From Macrostomum lignano (taxonomy: Eukaryota), in NCBI GenBank assembly GCA_002269645.1, contig NIVC01000662.1, positions 62,001 through 126,000 on the forward strand: DNA of 64,000 nt, written 5' to 3'. The position numbers and the translations under genes were made by a program. This document shows positions 36,560 through 48,945 of the stretch, piece by piece. Numbering within the stretch: the first letter of the stretch is position 1; every line of letters starts with the position of its first letter. The notes under the pieces were generated by a model. That model ran no database searches. It worked only from the letters and a program-made list of their open reading frames with translations, and had not been told where the DNA came from.

Positions 36560-39500
36560 TTCTATCTGACACTCGCTGGCTGTGCTTAATTCGCTACCGA
36601 AGCTGATGCACGCGATTGGTTGCAGAGTCCTAGATAAAAAAATAATACATTCCTATCTCCTCCCCGCTGTCTGTCTGCCTGTGCGTGTGTGTCGTGTGAG
36701 GCGGGTGAGAGTTATCGATTTTTCTATCTGGCCACAACCCAACCTTCCTTTCCTGCCCCCGGCCCCCACTTTATAGCTTATGTGCGAGGGGTGGCTGGTG
36801 CTTATCGATTTACAACCCCACCCCAATTTTCTTACCCCCAACCCGCGTTATCGCGTTTGTACGAGATAAGGGAGGGAGGTTATCCACTTTAACTCCACTC
36901 GAAGACTTAACACCCTTTCAGGTTATATCCTAAACTCTAAACCCCAATCTTCCCCGTTGTACCTTACCTTATTTTATGCTCTTGACTAAGTGCATATGCT
37001 TCTCTAGTTGTGGGACGATGAGCCAGTAAGTAGTATAGAAAAAAAGGCGAGCGAAGCGAGAATTTTTTTCTATGGTGCTTACTTTTGCGAAATCGTCCCT
37101 GATAAGATGTAACGTGGTTGCACACACTAAAAATGACGTTTTTCAACTTTTAAACGCTGCCAATAAAAAACGGTACGACCAATTTACAAACTGTTTTTGC
37201 CAAAATGTGTCAAAGACCTAGTTGTGGGACGATGAGCCAGTAAGTGGCATAGAAAAAAATGCGAGCGAAGCGAGAATTTTTTTCTATGGTGCTTACTTTT
37301 GCGAAATCGTCCCTGATAAGATTGGGTAACGGTGTCACATAGGAAAATGACGTTTTTCAACTTTGAAACGCTGCGCATAAAAAACGGTACGACCGATTTA
37401 CAAACGGTTTTTGCCAAAATGCGTCAAAGACCTAGGGCTAACAGATCCGCAGTGTTTGGTTGTCATGGCGACGCGTTTTGGTTGCCATGGAAACCAAAAA
37501 CTGCGTTTTTTCGACATTGTCAAAAAATTTGATCTCAAAAAATAAGGATTGAGAATATGGCAGCGCTTAGCGAGTGGGCTCAGCAGACGCGGGCATTCGA
37601 ACGCTAAAATGATCCGAAATGGATTTTTTGATTGTACTTTCACTTTACAGGTAAAAGTACAAAAAACGTGTTTTTTGAGGTCGAAAAATTGGCATTTTTT
37701 TCAACTTTGCCTCACCGCAGCGAAAAGGACGCGCTTTCGCGCGGCCTTTGAGCTGCCTCCTAGCCTTAAAAACACTTAAGGCTGTCTGATGCGCTGTAGT
37801 TTTTTTGGCTAAAATGTACTTTTCACATGGCTGCCTATCTGCACTTTAAAAGTACAAATTTTTAGTGCACTTTTTAGAGGCCTATGGCGTCGAGATGGAA
37901 AACTTTATTTTTTAATATTTCTACACCAAATTACTCAAATGGATGTCTTCTATTCGGAAACATTGAGATTTGGCCGATTGGGCCATCAATAACCTGCCCA
38001 GGTGCCAAAGAGTGCCTAAAAACGACATTTTCGAAAAATTGGGTCACGTTTTTAAAAAGTAGTCCCAAAAAATAAGAAAGTGTTTTATGCTACGGTGTTG
38101 AGACTTTAACACAACGTGTCAAACATTTGGAAATTTGTTTTCCCAAATTTTCTAAGCATTTGGACCTACCTGTGCTGAGCAGTGACCCGGAAACCAGGGA
38201 AAAAAGAGGCCGGGGGCTCTGCAGAAAATCAAACGTTGTTAAGGAAATTTTTTTAAAATGGGGCGAATTTTTTCGAGTGTAGTGTCAAATTGTAGCCCAT
38301 CGGATGCCCTTTTGAATGACATAAGACACTCCTGAAAAAACCCCTGTTAACAGGTACTTTTTACCTGTTAAGTGAAAAACGGCCCATTTGGGGGTACAAA
38401 CTTTGAAGTCGAAAAATAAGAAATTTTGCGCACCGATTTTTCTGCATTTTCAATATTGTTTAGTCGAATAGCTAAAGTTTCACCGGTCATACGCCAATAT
38501 GGCTGGAAAATTCGTATTTTTGAGCAAACTGCATCTGATTATTAAAAATGCAATTTTTCGGCCAATTTTTTGTACATGTTTTTCAACCTTGCCCGTACTG
38601 CAGCGAAAAGGACGCGCAATAGCGCGGCTTTTGAGCTGCTGCCTAATGTCAACAACACCTGGGGCTTTTAGATGCGCTATAATTTTTTGGGCTAAAATGT
38701 ACTTTTGACATGGCTGCCTATCTGCACTTTAAAAGTACAAACCGTTTGTGCACTTTAAAGAGGCTTATCCTATACAGATGCAAATCTTGATTTTTTCAAT
38801 TTTTCAACCCAAATCACTCAAATGGATGTCTTTTATTCGGAAATGCAGAGATCTGCTTGATTGGGCCGTTCATTGCTGCTCTATATGGCTACAAGGGTCA
38901 AAAAGAGTGTTTTTGAAAATTTGGGTCACGTTTTCAAAAAGTAGTCTCCAAAAATAAGAAAGTGTTTTAAGCTACGGTGTTGAGATTTTAACAAAACGTG
39001 TCAAACATATGGAAATTTGTTTTCCTAAATTTTCTAAGCATTTGGACCTACCTGTGCGGAGCAGTGACCCGGAAACCGGGGAAAAAAGAGGCCGGGGGAC
39101 ACGACCAAAAAATCATATGTTGTTAAAGAAAAATTTTTATTACTGGGCGAATTTTTTCGAGTGTAGTGTCAAATTGTAGCCCATCGGATGCCCGTTCGAA
39201 TGGCGCAAGACACTCTGGAAAAAATACCTGTTAACAGGTACTTTTTACCTGTTAAGTGAAAAACGGCCCATTTGGGGTACAAACTTTGAAGTCAAAAAAT
39301 AAGAAATTTTGCGCACCGATTTTTCTGCATTTTCAATATTGTTTAGCCGAATAGCTGAAGTTTAATAGGTCATACGCCAATATGGCTGGAAAATTCGTAT
39401 TTTTGAGAAAATTGACTCCGAATTTTGAGTAGGCCATTTTTAGGCAAATTTTGGGCACATTTTTGCCAATAACTCTGCATTGGAGAAACCTAGAGACTCA

Positions 39501-40219
39501 AGTTTGGTGTCTAAAAACAGCATTATGGATGCACTATGCAACTAAATAAGTTTTGAAAACTGATCCTTAAGTTAACAGGTCTTAATTCCTGTTTGAATAC
39601 CTGTCAGAACAGGTAAAAATTCATATTTTGGCGCCTAGCAGCCGTAAAAATTTGTTGACATACTTTGAAAATGCATTAGATAGATGCGCCTTGATGTTAT
39701 CTCTGCAACGACATGCGACTCACATTTTTTAGGTCAAGGCATTGCGATGCAGCGAGCAGAAATGTATGAAAAAGCAGCAAAAATGGTAGAAATGGCTGCT
39801 ATTGGCAATATTTGATTTAAAGTGCGTGTACTGTAGTATCAAATGGTAAGCATCTGGTGGCTTAGTGGCATCGTTAGTTGCCTGATAATTTAGTGTTGCA
39901 TGGGTTCGATTCCCATGTGGTCTGATAACTTTTTTAGTTAAAAGTTTTTTTAGAGCAAACCGATTTTTAGTTTCCTTTACTTTTCTAACTCTTATGTTTT
40001 TTATACAATAAAATTTCATTAATTAGAATTAATTATTGTTTTTACACGTATTTAAAGAGTAAGAGTAAATGTTTTAGTGCGGCACGTATGATTGTTAGTG
40101 CAAAAAGTATATTACGATACATATCGGCAAGCAAGTAATTTGGTGTCTGGTCGTCTAAAGGCTGGAATGTAGATGTAAAATATTACAAAGATGTGTTTAG
40201 ATGTGGGAAAAGTTGTGGA

Positions 40220-40635
40220 AGGGGGGGAGCGGGGGGTGTGGGGGGCAGCAGCCCCCCACATTACGCAACCCCTACCCAACAACACGCGGGAGGGGTGGGG
40301 GAGCGGGGGTGTGGGGGGCAGCGGCCCCCCATTACGCAACCCCTACCCAACAACACGCGGGGAGGGGTGGGGGAGCGGGGGGTGTGGGGGGCAGCGGCCC
40401 CCACATTACGCAACCCCTACCCAACAACAAAAACAACCCCAACAACAACAACAACCCCATCAACAACAACAACCCCAACAACAACAACAACAACCCAACA
40501 ACAACACAACAACCCCAACAACAACAGCAACCCCATCAACAACAACCCAACAACAACAACAACAACCCCAAGAACAACAACAACAACCCCAACAACAACA
40601 ACAACGCCCTTAACAACCCTTACTACACAACAACC
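40220..40635. repeat. GC-rich repeat of about 70 bp (3 copies) followed by a (CAA)n-like tract in the 37222-41281 unit
   Basis: Direct reading. Confidence 0.9.
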
Positions 40636-43379
40636 AAAGTGGAAACTCCGCACAAGGACGCGGATGCTCTTCGACAAGTGGCTAATTAGCCCTCAATAAT
40701 TTCACACCATGTTTGAGTTTTACGTCCTATAAATACTCTAGTGGTACTTGGTGGATAGCCTGCTGCACGAGACAGTCTCGTCGAGACTGAATTGTGCACT
40801 ATTTATTTTGGATATTTGGCGTAAGGTATTTAGGATTTAGAAATATTGGTCACTAAGATGTATTTTAGCAGTAAATGTATACCTGCAATTTATGTTTGCT
40901 TTATAAATATTTTTTATTATTATATTCAAACAGTTATGTATAAACTTTGTTTAAATCAAATTGAAAATGTAGCCCATTAAGCTTCTTAGTTCTTCATACG
41001 TCATAGCCGTAAAATATAAAAACACAATATAGCGTTTTAATTAGTTCTTAATTTGGGTTAAATAAATAGGTCATAGCCATAAACAATAATGGACGTAATA
41101 AATCATCACAAGTATTTTTATTAATTTTTTAAACAGTTATGCTTAAAGTTTGTTTAAATTAAATTATAATCAACTAAGCTTCTTAGTTTTTTTTTTAAAA
41201 TTAAAATTAGGCCATAAAAGTTACAAACAATATATAAACCATCGTCCCACCTTTGAAGACGACAGCGTCTTCATTCACTAGTTGTGGGACGATGAGCCAG
41301 TAAGTAGTATAGAAAAAAAGGCGAGCGAAGCGAGAATTTTTTTCTATGGTGCTTACTTTTGCGAAATCGTCCCTGATAAGATGTAACGTGGTTGCACACA
41401 CTAAAAATGACGTTTTTCAACTTTTAAACGCTGCCAATAAAAAACGGTACGACCAATTTACAAACGGTTTTTGCCAAAATGTGTCAAAGACCTAGCGCTA
41501 TCGGATGCACAATAGTTGGTTGCCATGGCAATGCGTTTTGGTTGCCATGGCAACCAAAAACTGCGTTTTTTCGACTTTGTCAAAAACTTTGATCTCAAAA
41601 AATAAGGATTGAGAATATGGCAGCGCTTAGCGGGCTGGCTCAGTAAACGCGGGCATTCGAACGCTACAATGATCAGAAATGGATTTTTTTATTGTACTTT
41701 AACGTCTAGGCTAAAAGTACAAAAAACGTGTTTTTTGAGGTCGAAAAATTGGCATTTTTTCCAACTTTGCCTCACCGCAGCGAAAAGGACGCGCGATAGC
41801 GCGGCCTTTGAGCTGCCTCATAGCGTCAATAACACCTGGGGCTGTTTGATGCGCTATAGTTTTTAGGGCTAAAATGTACTTTTCACATGGCTGCCTATCT
41901 GCACTTTAAAAGTACAAATTTTTAGTGCACTTTTGTGAGGCCTATCTCGTCGAGATTAAAAACTTTATTTTTTAATATTTCTACACCAAATTACTCAAAT
42001 AGATGTCTTCTATTCGGAAACATCGAGATTTGGCTTATTGGGCCATCAATAACCTGCCCAGGTGCCAAAGAGTGCCTAAAAACGACATTTTCAAAAAATT
42101 GGGTCACGTTTTAAAAAAGTAGTCCTCAAACTTGAAAAAGTGTTTTATGCTACAGTGGTGAGACTTTAACACGATGTGTCAAACATATGGAAATTTGTTT
42201 TCCTAAATTTTCTAAGCATTTGGACCTACCTGTGCTGAGCAGTGACCCGAAAACCAGGGAAAAAAGAGGCCGGGGGCACTGCAGAAAATCAGACGTTGTT
42301 AAGGAAATTTTTTTAAAATGGGGCAAAGTTTTTCGAGTATGGCGTCAAATTGTAGCCCATCGGATGCCCTTTTGAATGACATAAGACACTCCTGAAAAAA
42401 CCCCTGTTAACAGGTACTTTTTACCTGTTAAGTGAAAAACGGCCCATTTTGGGGTACAAACTTTGAAGTGGAAAAATAAGAAATTTTGCGCACCGATTTT
42501 TCTGCATTTTCAATATTGTTTAGTCGAATAGATGAAGTTACACCGGTCATACGCCAATATGGCTGGAAAATTCGTATTTTTGAGAAAATTGGCTCCGAAT
42601 TTTGAGAAGGCTATTTTTGGGCAAATTTTGAGCATACTTTTGCTAATAACTCTGCATTGGCAAGGCCTAGAGACTCAATTTTGGTGTCTAAAAACAGCAC
42701 TATGGATGCACTGTGCAACTAAATTAGTTTTGAAAACTGATTCTTAAGTTAATAGGTCTTAATACCTGTTTGAATACCTGTCAGAACAGGTGAAAATGCA
42801 CAATTTGGCGCCTAGGAGGCGTAAAATTTGTTGACATACTTTAAAAATGCATTAGATGAATGCGCCTTGATGTTATCTCTGTAACGACATGCGACTCGCA
42901 TTTTTAGATGAAGGCGCTGCGATGCAGCGAGCAGAAATGTATGAAAAAGCAGCAAAAATCGTAAAAGTGGCTACCATAGGGAATATTCGATATAAACGGC
43001 GTGCACTGTAGAGCTTCGCTTAAGTAAGAGATGGATCGGGGCCGAAGGCAGTTGCTTTGTAAATGGCCTAAACACGGGTTCGAATCCCAAGTGGGCCAAG
43101 TTTTTTTTATATTTAATTTTTTAGCAGGAACGGATTTATTAGTATTTTCAATTCTCTTTCACTTGAATATAATTTAATATTGATTGTTTAATTTTCCTTT
43201 CCTTCTATACCTTATTAAAGAGTAAGAGTGAAGCTGAAAGTGCGGCACAGATGATTTGTTAGTGCAGAAAGAATATTACGATACATATCGGCAAGTATCA
43301 TGTGTTGCGCGGTCGCCAAAGGCTTACAAGCAGTTTTAGCATGCTAAAAAGATGTGTTAGAGGTGGGAAAAGTTGCGGA

Positions 43380-45858
43380 GGGGTGGGGTGGGGGAGCGGG
43401 GGTGTGGGGGCGGCAGCCCCCACGTTACGCAAACCCCACAACAACAACCACCCTCCCCAACAACAATGTGCGGGAGGGGTGGGGGAGCGGGGGTGGGGGC
43501 GGCAGCCCCCACGTTACGCAAACCCCACAACAACAACCACCCTCCCAACAACAACGCGCGGAGGGGTGGGGGAGCGGGGGTGTGGGGCGGCAGCCCCCAC
43601 GTTACGCAAACCCCACAACAACAACCACCCTCCCCAACAACAACGCGCGGAGGGGTGGGGAGCGGGGGTGTGTGGGCGGCCAGCCCTCCACTATACCACT
43701 AGACAAACTAATGCCAGGGGCGTGGGGGCGGCCAACTCCCCACTATACCACTAGAGAAACTAATGCCAGGGGTGTGGGGGCGGCCAGCCCCCACTATACC
43801 ACTAGACTAACTAATGCCAGTGGCGTGGGGGGCGGCCAGCCCCCACTATACCACTAGACTAACTAATGCCAGGGGCGTGGGGGCGGCCAGCCCCCCACTA
43901 TACCACTAGAGAAACTAATGCCAGGGGCGTGGGGGCGGCCAGCCCCCACTATACCACTAGACTAATAAATGCCAGGGGCGTGGGGGCGGCCAGCCCCCAC
44001 TATACCACTTAGACTAACTAATGCCAGGGGCGTGGGGGCGGCCAGCCCCCCACTATACCACTAGACTAATAAATGCCAGGGGCGTGGGGGCGGCCAGCCC
44101 CCACTATACCACTAGACTAACTAATGCCAGGGGCGTGGGGGGCGGCCAGCCCCCCACTATACCACTAGACTAACTAATGCCAGGGGCGTGGGGGCGGCCA
44201 GCCCCCACTATACCACTTAGACTAACTAATGCCAGGGGCGTGGGGGGCGGCCAGCCCCCCACTATACCACTAGACTAACTAATGCCAGGGGCGTGGGGGG
44301 CGGCCAGCCCCCACTATACCACTAGACTAACTAATGCCAGGGGCGTGGGGGGCGGCCAGCCCCCCACTATACCACTAGACTAACTAATGCCAGGGGCGTG
44401 GGGGGCGGCCAGCCCCCCACTATACCACTAGACTAACTAATGCCAGGGGCGTGGGGGGCGGCCAGCCCCCCACTATACCACTAGACTAACTAATGCCAGG
44501 GGCGTGGGGGGCGGCCAGCCCCCACTATACCACTAGACTAACTAATGCCAGGGGCGTGGGGGTGGCCAGCCCCCCACTATACCACTAGACTAACTAATGC
44601 CAGGGGCGTGGGGGGGCCAGCCCCCACTATACCACTAGACTAACTAATGCCAGGGGCGTGGGGGGCGGCCAGCCCCCCACTATACCACTAGACTAACTAA
44701 TGCCAGGGGCGTGGGGGGCGGCTAGCCCCCACTATACCACTAGACTAATAATGCCAGGGGCTGGGGGGCGGCCAGCCCCCTACTATACCACTAGACTAAC
44801 TAATGCCAGGGGCGTGGGGGCGGCCAGCCCCCCACTATACCACTAGACTAACTAATGCCAGGGGCGTGGGGGGCGGCTAGCCCCCCACTATACCACTATA
44901 CCACTAGACTAACTAATGCCAGGGGCGTGGGGGCGGCCAGCCCCCACTATACCACTAGACTAACTAATGCCAGGGGCGTGGGGGCGGCAGCCCCCACTAT
45001 ACCACTTAGACTAACTAATGCCAGGGGCGTGGGGGGCGGCCAGCCCCCACTATACCACTAGACTAACTAATGCCAGGGGCGTGGGGGCGGCCAGCCCCCA
45101 CTATACCACTAGACTAACTAATGCCAGGGGCGTGGGGGCGGCCAGCCCCCACTATACCACTAGACTAACTAATGCCAGGGGCGTGGGGGGGGCCAGCCCC
45201 CCACTATACCACTAGACTAACTAATGCCAGGGGCGTGGGGGGCGGCAAGCCCCCCACTATACCACTTAGACTAACTAATGCCAGGGGCGTGGGGGGCGGC
45301 CAGCCCCCCACTATACCACTAGACTAACTAATGCCAGGGGCGTGGGGGGCGGCCAGCCCCCCACTATACCACTAGACTAACTAATGCCAGGGGCGTGGGG
45401 GCGGCCAGCCCCCTACTATACCACTAGACTAACTAATGCCAGGTGTGTGGGGGGGCGGCCAGCCCCCCACTATACCACTATACCACTAGACTAACTAATG
45501 CCAGGGGCGTGGGGGGCGGCCAGCCCCCCACTATACCACTTAGACTAACTAATGCCAGGGGCGTGGGGGGCGGCGAGCCCCCCACTATACCACTAGACTA
45601 ATAATGCCAGGGGCGTGGGGGGCGGCCAGCCCCCACTATACCACTAGACTAACTAATGCCAGGGGCGTGGGGGTGGCCAGCCCCCACTATACCACTAGAC
45701 TAACTAATGCCAGGGGCGTGGGGGCGGCCAGCCCCCACTATACCACTTAGACTAACTAATGCCAGGGGCGTGGGGGCGGCCAGCCCCCCACTATACCACT
45801 AGACTAACTAATGCCAGGGGCGTGGGGGGGCCAGCCCCCACTATACCACTAGACTAAC
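43380..45858. repeat. Central arrays of the 41282-49056 unit: about 4 copies of a ~75-bp repeat, then a ~50-bp minisatellite (ctaactaatgccaggggcgtggggggcggccagccccccactataccactaga)
   Basis: Direct reading; each 50-mer contains a GTGGGGGGC/GCCCCCCAC hairpin. Confidence 0.95.
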
Positions 45859-46394
45859 CACAGATACTATAAACACTAGATAGGCCACTCAGGCTAATTT
45901 TCTGGGCAAGTTTTTTATTCTACTTTCTGCTTAGTAGCAATGAAAGGAAGCAACAGTATTATTTGCTAAATTAGACAAATCGAGTGACTGTTTTTAAGAC
46001 ATCGTTTTGCTAACGCCATAAACAACTAACTTGTTTTGTGCAGTAATGGTGTACATTAAGACGCGACAGACAGTGTGCAATGCCGCTATCTTTCAAAGTG
46101 GAGGAAGGGGGGTAGTCTGGAATAGGGTTAATATCAGTTTCGTATAAGGCAGGGTGAGTGGATCGATAATTTAGGCCCACTGGTGGTGGGATAGAAAATA
46201 AAGGACTGCACATAGCTAGCCTGGGTTAGGGGTGGGGTGGGGGTTGAGAGGTTGTGGGTTAGAAAATTTGGGGGTGGCGAATCGTGCTTAAATACAAGCT
46301 TATATAGATGAACAGGACAAGAGTCAGAGTTAAAGAAAGTTCGAGTGCATACTAGCTTTTCTATCTAATCTTGTACTCGAGAAATGTTTTGATT

Positions 46395-46620
46395 CGAACC
46401 ACTGCTGTGCTCCCACTTGCACGAGCTTTGTACTAGTGCTATTAACATCCGAGAAAGAAAAATCCGTTGCGAATGCATAAATTACCAAAAGATGACACTG
46501 GCGAAGCGCTGGCAGCAGCTACTACAGGAGCGTGGATATTGATCTTTATAAACAATTAAATCACGGGGCCTCCGTGTGTTCAGCTTGCACTTTATGGACG
46601 AGGCCTACTGCTGCCTTACA
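46395..46620 (+). pseudogene. Frameshifted THAP DNA-binding domain
   Basis: Across shifts: NHCCAPTCTS / RMHKLPKDD / LAKRWQQLL / RVFSLHF. One TTC>TGC change restores the THAP motif RVCSLHF. Confidence 0.75.
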
Positions 46621-46940
46621 AAGTGCCACGGATGTGCAAGACATCTGTTTTCGCTGGGACGCAATCCCACACCAAGAGTTGATGCTGCCTCGGCTCGTTC
46701 AAATAGACCAGCTACCCTCTGTGCAAAGGACTGATAAACGATGAAGAGGCAGACGACATGTACCCTCCAGTGCTGGGGCCAATTAGCAATCTATCTGCAG
46801 CCGAGCCTGCGACTTGCCTGCTGCCAGTGCTGTGGCAGAGCAACCTTCGGCTACCAGATTCTGCGCCGAGAACAGCTGTTGCGGCTGAAAGCTCTCACCT
46901 CTGCAGCCGATTCGCGGGTTCCAAGCGCTAGAGGCAAAGA

Positions 46941-47200
46941 TCAAGCGGCTGCAGCAACGATCCCGAAAGTGACAGGCGAATCAAGCGGCTGCAGCGGCAA
47001 TCCCGAAAGTGACAGGCGAATCAAGCGGCTGCAGCGGCAATCCCGAAAGCGACAGGCAAATCAAGCGGCTGCAGCGGCAATCCCGAAAGCGACAGGCAAA
47101 TCAAGCGGCTGCAGCGGCAATCCCGAAAGCGACAGGCAAATCAAGCGGCTGCAGCGGCAATCCCGAAAGCGACAGGCAAATCAAGCGGCTGCAGCGGCAA
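46941..47200. repeat. 40-bp repeat (tcaagcggctgcagcggcaatcccgaaagcgacaggcaaa), about 6.5 copies, inside the P-like element
   Basis: Unit starts at 46941, 46981, 47021, 47061, 47101, 47141, 47181. Confidence 0.95.
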
Positions 47201-47903
47201 CTCTCGATGGTCAAGGCAAGTGCAGCGCAGTCGTGCATCCATGGACTGTGGAGGCGTGGCTAGCGCAGCTTCCAGCGGTCGACTGGGCGGCAGGGCGCTC
47301 GCAGTCAGGGGTGCTCTGGTCAAAGGATGTCATCTCATCAGCAGCTCATTGCAGCTGCACCACAAAAGTCCTGCTGCTTATCGGCTGCCTGTTACGAAAC
47401 CACTGAGGATTGGCTCCATCGGATACATCCCTGGACCTTGAAGTGGCGCATTCGCCAGTTTTTTTCATCTGTTGGGCCGTTCTGAATGCTGCCTCTGAAC
47501 AAGGGCGACTGGCGACCCTGTTCTTCGACAGCACGCTGCGAGTTTCACAAACAGATGAGCTGATTAAGATGAGAAATCTTTCTATTTTGCTTCACGAATA
47601 TGGATTATGGAGTATATGATATAGCTCGTATTTGCTAAATATACAATAGTAGACTGCAATAATATAGCCTTCTATGCAATCTAAAGCATTCACAATGTTG
47701 CTTTGAATTGTGGAAAGTATAATTATAAGTTTCTTTTTGCAAAAAATCAATACAATTGCTGCATTGCATTCATCTGTTTTTTTATTTTAAAAAAATATAA
47801 ATAACGCTAAAATGTTTTTACTACTACTAAGCAGAAAGTAGAGTAAACTGTCGTGTTGTGAAAATTAGCTGGAGTGGCCTATCTAGTGTTTATAGTATCT
47901 GTG

Positions 47904-48945
47904 AGACTAACTAATGCCAGGGGCGTGGGGGGCGGCCAGCCCCCCACTATACCACTTAGACTAACTAATGCCAGGGGCGTGGGGGGCGGCCAGCCCCCCC
48001 ACTATACCACTAGACTAACTAATGCCAGGGGCGTGGGGGCGGCCAGCCCCCCACTATACCACTAGACTAACTAATGCCAGGGGCGTGGGGGGCGGCCAGC
48101 CCCCCACTATACCACTAGACTAACTAATGCCAGGGGCGTGGGGGGTGGCCAGCCCCCCACTATACCACTAGACTAACTAATGCCAGGGGCGTGGGGGGTG
48201 GCCAGCCCCCCACTATACCACTAGACTAACTAATGCCAGGGGCGTGGGGGGCGGCCAGCCCCCCACTATACCACTAGACTAACTAATGCCAGGGGCGTGG
48301 GGGGCGGCCAGCCCCCCACTATACCACTAGACTAACTAATGCCAGGGGCGTGGGGGGCGGCTAGCCCCCCACTATACCACTATACCACTAGACTAACTAA
48401 TGCCAGGGGCGTGGGGGGCGGCCAGCCCCCCACTATACCACTAGACTAACTAATGCCAGGGGCGTGGGGGGCGGCCAGCCCCCCACTATACCACTAGACT
48501 AACTAATGCCAGGGGCGTGGGGGCGGCCAGCCCCCACTATACCACTAGACTAACTAATGCCAGGGGCGTGGGGGCGGCCAGCCACCCACTATACCACTAG
48601 ACTAACTAATGCCAGGGGCGTGGGGGTGGCCAGCCCCCACTATACCACTTAGACTAACTAATGCCAGGGGCGTGGGGGGCGGCGAGCCCCCCACTATACC
48701 ACTAGACTAATAAATGCCAGGGGCGTGGGGGCGGCCAGCCCCCCACTATACCACTAGACTAACAAATGCCAGGGGCGTGGGGGGCGGCCAGCCCCCCACT
48801 ATACCACTAGACTAACTAATGCCAGGGGCGTGGGGGGCGGCCAGCCCCCCACTATACCACTAGACTAACTAATGCCAGGGGCGTGGGGGGCGGCCAGTCC
48901 CCCACTATATTACTAGACTAACTAATGCCAGGAGCGTGGGGGGCT
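47904..48945. repeat. Continuation of the 50-bp minisatellite after the P-like insertion
   Basis: Direct reading. Confidence 0.95.

Larger units (their letters stand above)
45859..47903 (+). mobile_element. Decayed P-superfamily DNA transposon, 2045 bp, nested in the 50-bp array
   Basis: Perfect 32-bp TIR CACAGATACTATAAACACTAGATAGGCCACTC, further imperfect inverted blocks out to about 80 bp, perfect 8-bp TSD AGACTAAC; CANRG termini. Confidence 0.9.
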
